Positions 19,031 through 27,376 of a stretch of DNA of 64,000 nucleotides are shown here, in pieces; position 1 is the stretch's first letter, and each line of letters starts with the position of its first letter. Both the position numbers and the translations under genes were made by a program. Source of the stretch: Methylophilaceae bacterium (GTDB lineage Bacteria; Pseudomonadota; Gammaproteobacteria; Burkholderiales; Methylophilaceae); contig JBATAW010000017.1 in the NCBI GenBank assembly GCA_049662045.1, positions 30,431 through 94,430 on the forward strand, in the 5' to 3' direction. The notes beneath the pieces are model-generated. The model worked only from the letters and a program-made list of their open reading frames with translations, had not been told where the DNA came from and ran no database searches.

Positions 19031-19149
19031 TTTCAATCCATTTCTGAAAGTAGCAGTTTCTTGTAAAATGACGATTTATACAAAATTTATTACATCCCCT
19101 AAGCTGATTTATTTGTCAGCTTTTCAATGGATACTTGTTTGCCTATTAC

Positions 19150-21783
19150 TTATTGTTCAAGCACTAACCAGTAAGTTTGCAATTTCTTATCTAAGTTAAT
19201 AACGTAATAGCCATCTTTATAGGTAACTTTTACTTCTTTTCCATCTAGGTCGTTCCCTTTTTTGGTTAGCTTATGGCCTTCAATGGCTTTTATTTTTATT
19301 TCACCTTCCACTGGCTCTGATAAAAAAGGTAATTTATCATCTTTTCTTGGGACAGATCTTGCTGCAAGGCTTATATAAATCTTTTTAGATTGCTTGATTG
19401 GTGTGTCATCTAGGCTCTGTACTACGATGGTTGCGTTACGCGTGGTGGAACTAATTTCCACGTCATTTAACTTTAATTGTTCTCCACCAATCCAGCCCAT
19501 CGCTGCTTGGGTGCGAGGGGTGTCAATGGTGCTATAGCCTTTATCCCAATTACGTTTTATGGCCGTATTTCCTGCTTTATTTTCATATGTAACCTCTTGG
19601 GCATCAGCAGGTAATAAAGATTTGTTGGGGTCTGAAAACACTTTTGCATTGTTTGGTATTTGGCTTTCTTGAAGCCAAGGTAGTGCTTTGGTGCTGGGCA
19701 TGGCAATTTGTAACTTACCTAATTCCGAAGCTGTTCGTATAAATACGGAGTTACTAGGTGAAATGTTTTGATCAAATAATAATTTCTCAGGCTTTAATAC
19801 ATACAATGTATTAGCTTCGGGTATGTCTTGCCGACGATACATTAGCGCTGCCGCTGGCATAGTAGCCAGTAAGGCAGGGTCATTATAGGCATGCCAATTT
19901 GATGGGCGACCTTGCCATTGCGAAGGTGCGGTTAGAGGCTCTTGTGAGTATGCGTACTGCATCATCGCATCCCACCCTTGCATACTGGCATGGCTTGCAA
20001 TATACATCGGCAGGCTATGTCTGTCTGGCAGAGGGAAGGGCTCCGCATTCCATTCTGTGACACTCATTGGTTTTCCAACGACTTGGGCAGCAGATAACCA
20101 GTGTGTAATGTTAGCCGCATAAATAGGGTTGTTTTCTAGTGCGCCATAGGGTTGGTAGGCATGCGCATCTATCATGTCACCTTCACTTAATGCTGGTAAT
20201 GCACTGAGTGGATTATTACCCCAAGCGCTAGTAGTGACAATGGGCACTTTGACACCTAACTCACGTAGTTGCTTAATCATGCTGCTATTGAATTGGTGTT
20301 CTAGATTATTTAAAAATAATTTTGATGGGCCATGTTCCCAAGAGTGCCATATGCTCTCAGCAGGTAAGTTATTCGCTTTTGCAAATTTTTCAGCTGCCTC
20401 CATGTAGCGTTTGTTATGTTCAGGGACATTTTTATCCGCTAATAAATTATTGCCAAAATGGTTTGTTACATCATTTTCATTGGTGATAAGCATCGCTGCC
20501 ACCGCAGGTTCATCTGTTAAACGGGTGCCAGTGTAAGGATTAACATGCCCAACATAAGCCGCATTAAAGTCTTGCATCGCCTTTTGAATAGACGGGTTTA
20601 CATAGTTATAACCCTTTAAATCTGCGCTGATTTTATCTTTGCTAATTTCACTAAAATTGCTAATGCCATCTTCAGATTTTAAATGGCGCTCAACATGCAA
20701 GTCTAACCAGACGTAAATCCCTTCGTCTTTTAAACATTTAATCCACCAGTCAATTTTATCCATCGCTTCAGCACTGATTTTTTGTGTGCTATCGTTGGGC
20801 GTTCCAAAAATGTTTGGGTTAACCCATAGAGAGTCAAAATGGTGAACTCGGACGAGATTGAATCCTAACTCTGATAGTCGTTTGGCTTGCAGCTTCACAT
20901 TATCTTTTGGGGTGCCAAAAATGGCAAAAGCGCTGATGTTTGTGCCCCAAAATTTAGCAACAGTGCCATCTTCAAAAACTAATTGTTCACCTTTTGCTTT
21001 AACAAAGCCACGTTTACCCGCTGGGCGTTCTGGCGCATTTAAAAACGACAAATCGACTGGGGAAGTTTTCCAGTCAATGATGTTAGGAATCCAGTCGCTC
21101 TGGTCGGTGGTACCAAAACGCTCTGACAATGTAGGTGCAATAGAAATAGCATCCGCTAGGGTTAAAGTGGCTTTGTAATGACGTACGCCTTTAGGAATTT
21201 TATCTTGATAAAGGTAAACGCGTATTTCATTTTTATTGTTTTTTTCATAAAATATGTTTTCTGGTTTTGGTTCAAAACGCATTTCTATGCGTTGATTGCC
21301 TCTACCCCACGCCCAGCCGCTTTTATCAGCCAATATTTCAGGCTCACCCAATGATTGACCAAAGTTATCAAGATCAAATTTATATGAAATGCCACCACCG
21401 ACAGTTTCATATCTACCTGCTTTAGCGTCTAACTCAAAATCCCATGTCAGCTTGTGGTTGGTGACTTTGCTAATATCCGCATTTAAGGTGAAACCAAGCG
21501 TTGAATTGTGACTGCTAAGTTGGTATTGGCTAGGGCTATTTATTTTAAATTTGCTTTCTTGATAAGCCCAAACATAGTTTTTATCAAAGAAAACAAATGA
21601 AGAGTTTAACGCTTCCCCACCTCCCTTAACAAGTTTAGGTAAGCCGCTAACATCATCTAAACTGACTTGCCAATTTGATGCTGCAATTGCTGGAATAGAA
21701 AAGATCAGCAGCAACATTAATGACAACTGAAATTTATTTAAAAACCTAGATAAAATCTTCATTTCTACATCTTTTTCATTCAA
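19150..21783 (-). CDS. Secreted multidomain glycoside hydrolase, clan GH-A (GH5-like) TIM barrel with N- and C-terminal accessory domains
   Basis: 877 aa. Signal peptide LMLLLIFSIPAIAAS (alternative start at 21762). Clan GH-A landmarks occur in order: FWGTN, NLVRVHH, VWLDLH, acid/base ITNEND, AHAY, and nucleophile SVTEWN. Confidence 0.7.
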   Translation of the reverse strand: MNEKDVEMKILSRFLNKFQLSLMLLLIFSIPAIAASNWQVSLDDVSGLPKLVKGGGEALNSSFVFFDKNYVWAYQESKFKINSPSQYQLSSHNSTLGFTLNADISKVTNHKLTWDFELDAKAGRYETVGGGISYKFDLDNFGQSLGEPEILADKSGWAWGRGNQRIEMRFEPKPENIFYEKNNKNEIRVYLYQDKIPKGVRHYKATLTLADAISIAPTLSERFGTTDQSDWIPNIIDWKTSPVDLSFLNAPERPAGKRGFVKAKGEQLVFEDGTVAKFWGTNISAFAIFGTPKDNVKLQAKRLSELGFNLVRVHHFDSLWVNPNIFGTPNDSTQKISAEAMDKIDWWIKCLKDEGIYVWLDLHVERHLKSEDGISNFSEISKDKISADLKGYNYVNPSIQKAMQDFNAAYVGHVNPYTGTRLTDEPAVAAMLITNENDVTNHFGNNLLADKNVPEHNKRYMEAAEKFAKANNLPAESIWHSWEHGPSKLFLNNLEHQFNSSMIKQLRELGVKVPIVTTSAWGNNPLSALPALSEGDMIDAHAYQPYGALENNPIYAANITHWLSAAQVVGKPMSVTEWNAEPFPLPDRHSLPMYIASHASMQGWDAMMQYAYSQEPLTAPSQWQGRPSNWHAYNDPALLATMPAAALMYRRQDIPEANTLYVLKPEKLLFDQNISPSNSVFIRTASELGKLQIAMPSTKALPWLQESQIPNNAKVFSDPNKSLLPADAQEVTYENKAGNTAIKRNWDKGYSTIDTPRTQAAMGWIGGEQLKLNDVEISSTTRNATIVVQSLDDTPIKQSKKIYISLAARSVPRKDDKLPFLSEPVEGEIKIKAIEGHKLTKKGNDLDGKEVKVTYKDGYYVINLDKKLQTYWLVLEQ

Positions 21784-21825
21784 AAAGTAAAAAAACGTTT
21801 ACGTATTAATGTCATTAAAACGCAC

Positions 21826-23361
21826 TTATATATTATTGGATAATCGTATTGTTGGAAGTTCATGGACATTTGGTCTCAATGCAACAAAACCGATTGCTAT
21901 TCTTTCGTAGGATAAGCTTAACCCAGCAATTGCCCAATAAACAACTGGAATGACCAAAATACTACTAACAGAGGTAATAGTCACTAAAATAGCCACTTGA
22001 GTCACAAACAATACACGACCCAACAAATGCATATCACTTTGTTTGTCATCTAATTTCTTATAATTTTGAATGATGGTAAATACCACAATGGTGAAGAAGC
22101 TTAGGTATAGCATAAAACCTATGATGCCATACTCTAAAACTACATCAAGATAGGTATTCACTACATCGACAATACCTTCACCTTGTACCATACCTAGGCC
22201 TGCTAGATCTTCACGATATTTTACCGAGCCCAATAGGGGGTAGCGGTTAAATACGGTATAAGCTGCATCAAGCAGCCGTACACGATAATCTACATTTTCA
22301 GTATCTGTTTTACCAATAAAAGGAAGCATATCCATCACCTTTTTACCAGCAGGCATGCTAGTCATTATTGGAAGCGCGACTGCAACCGCAACGGCTAGCA
22401 TTGCCAGTCGTTTAATGGCTTTGGGGCTTATTATAATGTATAAAATAATTAATAACATTGCGCCTATCCACGGTCCACGCGATAGTGGGACATATAAACC
22501 ACCGAGTAAAAAAGTAAGTGCTATTAATTTGATATATTTATTTTTAGTAAAGTGAGATAAAAACAAGTAAAAACCCAAAGCAATGGCCATCACAAAGCCT
22601 AAAGCGATGGGTTGCCCTAATGTAGCTAGTGCTCTAAGGCTATCACCCCGATCTAGATAAGCGCCCATATCCCACTTGACACCCAAAAAGTCTTTTAAAT
22701 TACCATATAGTAACCAAAATAGACTATATTCAATGATTGCAATAGCGCCAGCCAACATGGCTGCAATTGTAAAGCCAGCAAGAACCTCTTTAAATTGTTG
22801 CAAACTTTTAATACCACGGCTTGCTACATAATAGGGTAAAAATATAGTGGCATAAGTAGATACCACTTTTCGCATGGCATCAGTAACAGTAGTATCGCGT
22901 AAAAGCAATACTACACCTAGAAACATATAAACTAATAATATTCTATCTACCCAATAGCTAAGAAAAGGCCGCGTTTCTCTTTCACTTCGTAGCGATAGAT
23001 ACGCTGGGAAAAGAACTGTTAACGATAAAATCGTGACGTAATCTATTGGGAACAAAAAATTCACAAGACCAAAACCAGGAATGTTTTCACTAATTCTAGG
23101 AAGTGCCAGCAACAATACAAAAAATAAAGCGAAATGATTTTTCTCTTGCTTACCTACAAACCATAAGATCAGGGCGGTTAGTCCTGCAAATATCCAAAAA
23201 TTGCCTGCTAAAAATGCAATAATGTTAACGGCAAACCACGTATTACGCCATCTATTAAATTGCTTTTCTTCCACAATGGAAGCAGTAATTTTTTTGGCAA
23301 AATAGAATGTGACGATTGCTATTAGAAGGATATAGGTAAGAGTTCTAACATTTAGCGGCAT
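21826..23361 (-). CDS. Wzy_C / O-antigen-ligase-like polytopic membrane protein (short paralog)
   Basis: 511 aa with about 12 TM segments. Wzy_C-type loop PLSRGPWIGAM and the distal motif VNTYLDVVLEYGIIGF. About 60% identical by eye to the N-terminal 480 aa of the upstream gene. Confidence 0.7.
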   Translation of the reverse strand: MPLNVRTLTYILLIAIVTFYFAKKITASIVEEKQFNRWRNTWFAVNIIAFLAGNFWIFAGLTALILWFVGKQEKNHFALFFVLLLALPRISENIPGFGLVNFLFPIDYVTILSLTVLFPAYLSLRSERETRPFLSYWVDRILLVYMFLGVVLLLRDTTVTDAMRKVVSTYATIFLPYYVASRGIKSLQQFKEVLAGFTIAAMLAGAIAIIEYSLFWLLYGNLKDFLGVKWDMGAYLDRGDSLRALATLGQPIALGFVMAIALGFYLFLSHFTKNKYIKLIALTFLLGGLYVPLSRGPWIGAMLLIILYIIISPKAIKRLAMLAVAVAVALPIMTSMPAGKKVMDMLPFIGKTDTENVDYRVRLLDAAYTVFNRYPLLGSVKYREDLAGLGMVQGEGIVDVVNTYLDVVLEYGIIGFMLYLSFFTIVVFTIIQNYKKLDDKQSDMHLLGRVLFVTQVAILVTITSVSSILVIPVVYWAIAGLSLSYERIAIGFVALRPNVHELPTIRLSNNI

Positions 23362-23545
23362 AATTATGGATGTTTAAAGATTAAGAGGTTGACAATTTAA
23401 ATTAGCCAGTATTAAGCTGTTTTAAAAGTGAACCATTGTAAAAATTGGCATCGTTTTATTGTATCAACTTTATAGGTAATCATGAAGTGAGTCATTGGGT
23501 CAGTTCAAAATAAAACATCATTATCTATTAAGGGTATACGATTCA

Positions 23546-25669
23546 TTAATTTACCTCACAGTCACTTAAAAATTCCATTTTTACGCCCAGCACTTCAATA
23601 ACATCTTGATTATTCAAAAGGTGAGCACGCGCGCCAATTGATACATTGTTTACAATCGGGTATAAGTCACCTTCTAAATGCATAATAAAATGGCCATTTT
23701 CTCTCTTAGCAATGACAGCAACTTGCACATTAGATTTACCCAGTTTACTGAGTACTTTTGATAGCATCAGGACTTTGCCAGAATTGGATCCATTTAATAT
23801 GACTAATTTACCTACTTTAACAGGTGCGTCAAATTCCGCTGGTAACGCTTTAGGCGGATGGATGGTTTTAATTGGTAGTTGTTGGGTTTTTTCAAAGTAG
23901 CTAGCGTGTTCAATCGGTCTGTTTTTCCTAGCCTGATAATACAGGCTACCAAGTTCTGGTTTTACAGTTTTCATCGTTGACAGCGCTTTAGGTAAAGTTG
24001 ATAGTTTAGGTGCAAAATTAGTTTGTTCGGCAAGCTTTTTTGATGCCAAGACAATACGTGGTATTGGCATGGTATCTACCACCACCTGATGCTTATTTAG
24101 CGCACTAAAAGCAACTCTGCTCGCGGGTAAAGCAGGCATCACATCGAAAGCAAGTCGATAAGTTTGTAATTCAACGGCTTGTTTGACTGTGTTTAATTGC
24201 TCTATCATGCGTGCGTAAGCTATGCAAATTCCACCAAATGCCCAATAAATCACTGGTAGCACAAGTATGCTGCTAACAGTAGTGATCGTCACCATGGTTG
24301 CCAAAATACTGGCTAACAAAGCGCGACCTAGAAGATGCATATCACTTGATTTATCTGGAATTTCTTTTACAGAACTCACCAACTTTTGTGTGATGATGAT
24401 AAAAAACCCGACAAAAAGTAATAAGCCTGACAAGCCATGATTAAGCACTTCAAATAAATATGAGTTGACAACATCTACGATGCCTTCACCTTGTGTCATC
24501 CCTAATGCGGCTAGTTCATCATAAAATTTTGTTGAGCCTAAAAGTGGATAGCGATTAAAAACGATCATCGCACTATCAATTAGTCGAACCCGATAATCAA
24601 CATTTTCTGTATCAGAGTGGCCTATGAAAGGCAGTAAATCAATAAATTTTTGTCCGCTAGGTACTGACGAGATGGCTGTAATGAGTATTGCAGCGGCAAG
24701 TGACAGTTTCACCATATTTTTAAATGCATTAGGGCTTATTGCAATAAAAATCACTATCAGTGCGATAGCGCCCACCCAAGGGCCACGAGAAATTGGCGCG
24801 TACAAACCTCCTAATATAATCCCCCAGCCAAGCCAGCGTAATAACTTCGATTTAATTTTTTTTGATATAAATAGATAACAGCCCATCGCCATCACCATTA
24901 AATAGCCAAGCAAGATGGGCTGCCCTAATGTCACTAATGCTCTTAAACTATCGCCACGCCCAAGGTAGCCGCCCATATCCCAAGCAACACCTAAGCTGTT
25001 TTTGAGATTGGCATACAATAGCCAAGAGCGGACAAATTCAAACATTGCCGCTGTTGCCGTGACCATGGTGGCTATTACAAACGCTGCAATCACCTCTTTA
25101 AATTGTTGTAAATTTTTTAGGCTTCTACTGGCAACATAATAGGGTAAAAACATGTCGGCAAAGCTTGTGACCCCAGCGCGCAGCGCATCAGTCACCGTTG
25201 TATCACGCGTTAATAACAACATATTGAGCAGTATGTAGGCAAGTATTATCTTATCTAAAAAGTAGCCTAAAAATGGGACGGTTTCTCTATTTTTGCGCAG
25301 TGATAAGTAAGCAGGTAGCAATACCATCAGTGATAGTATCGTCACGTAATCAATTGCAAAAAGAAAGTTGACGATGCCTAAGCCAGGTATTTCGCTACTG
25401 ATTCTAGGAATAACGAATAATAATACTAAAAATAAGGCAAAGGGATTTTGCTCTTTTTTTCCAACATAAAATAATAGTACTGCACTTAACATTGCAAAAA
25501 CCCAAAAATTGCCTGCTAAAAATGCAATAAGTGTTATCGCCAGCCATGAATTGCGCCAGCGATTAAATTGTTGCTCAGAAACGATAGATGCGGTTACCTT
25601 CTTTGCAATAAAGAAAGTGATGAGTGCTAGTGCAATAATGAAGATCAGCGATCTAAGATGTTCTGACAT
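23546..25669 (-). CDS. Wzy_C / O-antigen-ligase-like membrane protein fused to a ~220-aa cytoplasmic tail ending in an FHA-like domain
   Basis: 707 aa. The membrane core is paralogous to 21826-23361 (PISRGPWVGAI, VNSYLFEVLNHGLSGL). The last ~92 aa (KLVILNGSNSGKVLML...LGKSNVQVAVIAKRENGHFIMHLEGDLYPIVNNVSIG...LLNNQDVIEVLGVKMEF) have the strand pattern of an FHA domain. This is a by-eye call only. Confidence 0.6.
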   Translation of the reverse strand: MSEHLRSLIFIIALALITFFIAKKVTASIVSEQQFNRWRNSWLAITLIAFLAGNFWVFAMLSAVLLFYVGKKEQNPFALFLVLLFVIPRISSEIPGLGIVNFLFAIDYVTILSLMVLLPAYLSLRKNRETVPFLGYFLDKIILAYILLNMLLLTRDTTVTDALRAGVTSFADMFLPYYVASRSLKNLQQFKEVIAAFVIATMVTATAAMFEFVRSWLLYANLKNSLGVAWDMGGYLGRGDSLRALVTLGQPILLGYLMVMAMGCYLFISKKIKSKLLRWLGWGIILGGLYAPISRGPWVGAIALIVIFIAISPNAFKNMVKLSLAAAILITAISSVPSGQKFIDLLPFIGHSDTENVDYRVRLIDSAMIVFNRYPLLGSTKFYDELAALGMTQGEGIVDVVNSYLFEVLNHGLSGLLLFVGFFIIITQKLVSSVKEIPDKSSDMHLLGRALLASILATMVTITTVSSILVLPVIYWAFGGICIAYARMIEQLNTVKQAVELQTYRLAFDVMPALPASRVAFSALNKHQVVVDTMPIPRIVLASKKLAEQTNFAPKLSTLPKALSTMKTVKPELGSLYYQARKNRPIEHASYFEKTQQLPIKTIHPPKALPAEFDAPVKVGKLVILNGSNSGKVLMLSKVLSKLGKSNVQVAVIAKRENGHFIMHLEGDLYPIVNNVSIGARAHLLNNQDVIEVLGVKMEFLSDCEVN

Positions 25670-25916
25670 GGTGGTGATTTATAGAGATACGGTGCGTATG
25701 ATAGTGTTATATGCGTTTAATTAAAAGTACCCATTTAGGTCGTATTGCATGATACTTGCCATAGATCCATTAGTCTTGCGGAGTAGTGAAGCGCTTATTT
25801 TTTGCACCTAAAGTTCAATCTTAATTGTCATACTAGTAGCGCAAAAAAAAATGTAAGAAAATTGTTATATCAGCGACTAAGCTACTTGTTAATGACAAAA
25901 GACTATAAAGATCATC

Positions 25917-26438
25917 ATGTTGATTAAAATTACTTCCGTAGGAAAAGGCGCATACGAAAATTCTATCAATACTCTTAATTACTTTTCCGATAGCCTTCCA
26001 CAGCTGTTTTTGCGACTAATACTTGCATGGGAGTTTGGCGAGGCTGGATTTGAAAAATTACATGGCATAAACTGGTTTGCCGATGTAGTATTTCCTTTTC
26101 CATTCAATATACTACCGCCTAATATTAGCTGGGGTATTGCTACTTTTTTTGAAATTGCAGGTGCATTTGCCATCGCATTTGGCTTTGCAACAAGATTTTT
26201 TACAGTTTCACTGATTATATTAATCATTGTGGCCATAACTTCTGTACATTGGCCAGAGCATTGGTCAACGCTGTCTGAGCTAGGCAAAGGATACCGTATA
26301 TTAGATGAAAATGAAGATGGCTTTGGTAATTACAAATTGCCACTTATGTATATAGTCATGTTTTTACCATTACTATTTGGTGGTGCAGGCAAATTAAGTG
26401 TGGATTACTGGATTGAAAAATATTTTAATCCAAAATAA
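25917..26438 (+). CDS. DoxX-family small membrane protein
   Basis: 173 aa with 4 predicted TM segments. The N-terminal LRLILAWEFGEAGFEKL is typical of DoxX-like proteins. The exact start is uncertain. Confidence 0.5.
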   Translation: MLIKITSVGKGAYENSINTLNYFSDSLPQLFLRLILAWEFGEAGFEKLHGINWFADVVFPFPFNILPPNISWGIATFFEIAGAFAIAFGFATRFFTVSLIILIIVAITSVHWPEHWSTLSELGKGYRILDENEDGFGNYKLPLMYIVMFLPLLFGGAGKLSVDYWIEKYFNPK

Positions 26439-26450
26439 TACTACATTTAC

Positions 26451-27050
26451 TTAAATAGATTGACGCCCGAGTAAGGCCATGGAAAGTGTACCGCTATCCA
26501 CATACTCAATCTCCCCCCCCATCGGCAGGCCGCGTGCAATGCGGCTAACGGAGATGCCGCGAGATTTAAGCAACTCACTAATGTAGTGTGCAGTGGCTTC
26601 GCCTTCGCTAGTGTAATTGGTGGCTAAAATAACTTCACTCACCGCACCTACTTGAGCGCGCTTAATGAGTTTGTCGAGGTTGATTTCTTTCGGCCCAATA
26701 CCATCTAAAGGGGAGAGTCTGCCCATCAGCACAAAATACATGCCATTGTAACTATGCGTGAGTTCCATCATCATTAAATCCGTTGGCATTTCTACCACGC
26801 AAAGCAAGTTTTTATCACGTTGATCAGAGGCGCACAAAGGGCAGGTATGTGACTCGGAAAATGTATTGCAGTGTTCGCAGTGTCCAATACGTTGCAAAGC
26901 ATTTTCTAGCGCACCAGCTAGCTTTTGTGCGCCTTTGCGGTCACGCTGCAATAAGTGATAAGCCATGCGCAAAGCAGACTTCGGCCCAATGCCTGGCAAG
27001 CATCGTAGTGCTTCTACTAATTGATCTAATGTATACGGGCTTTGCAACAT
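26451..27050 (-). CDS. recR: Recombination protein RecR
   Basis: Hh[18 protein letters not shown], a C4 zinc finger [16 protein letters not shown], a Toprim domain, and the C-terminal [12 protein letters not shown]. Confidence 0.95.
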   Translation of the reverse strand: MLQSPYTLDQLVEALRCLPGIGPKSALRMAYHLLQRDRKGAQKLAGALENALQRIGHCEHCNTFSESHTCPLCASDQRDKNLLCVVEMPTDLMMMELTHSYNGMYFVLMGRLSPLDGIGPKEINLDKLIKRAQVGAVSEVILATNYTSEGEATAHYISELLKSRGISVSRIARGLPMGGEIEYVDSGTLSMALLGRQSI

Positions 27051-27055
27051 ATCGG

Positions 27056-27367
27056 CTAAAAGGGCATTTTAAAGCCAGCTGGCATCACACCTGCCATGCG
27101 CTGTTGTGAAGTGGCTTCAACTTTATTTTTAGCATCCGTTAGCGCAAGTAATACGAGATCTTCTAACGTTTCACGGTCATCCATCGCGGCCTCGTTAATG
27201 GAAACACGTTTAACCGTGTTGTTACAAGTCATGGTGATTTTCACCATGCCGTTGCTCGCAACGCCTTCAATCTCAGTGTTAGCAAGCTCATCTTGCGCTT
27301 TTTGCATATTTGTTTGCATCATTTGAGCTTGTTTCATCATATTTCCCATACCGCCTTTCGCCATCAT
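27056..27367 (-). CDS. ybaB: Nucleoid-associated protein YbaB/EbfC
   Basis: 103 aa beginning [11 protein letters not shown], in the conserved dnaX-ybaB-recR arrangement. Confidence 0.9.
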   Translation of the reverse strand: MMAKGGMGNMMKQAQMMQTNMQKAQDELANTEIEGVASNGMVKITMTCNNTVKRVSINEAAMDDRETLEDLVLLALTDAKNKVEATSQQRMAGVMPAGFKMPF

Positions 27368-27376
27368 TTTTCTCCT

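Noticed and set aside
26513-26520. C8/G8 homopolymer tract as a possible phase-variation switch.
   Set aside because: It lies inside recR and encodes the conserved Met-Gly-Gly-Glu of the [12 protein letters not shown] motif. Phase variation of a housekeeping gene is unlikely, so the tract is probably incidental.
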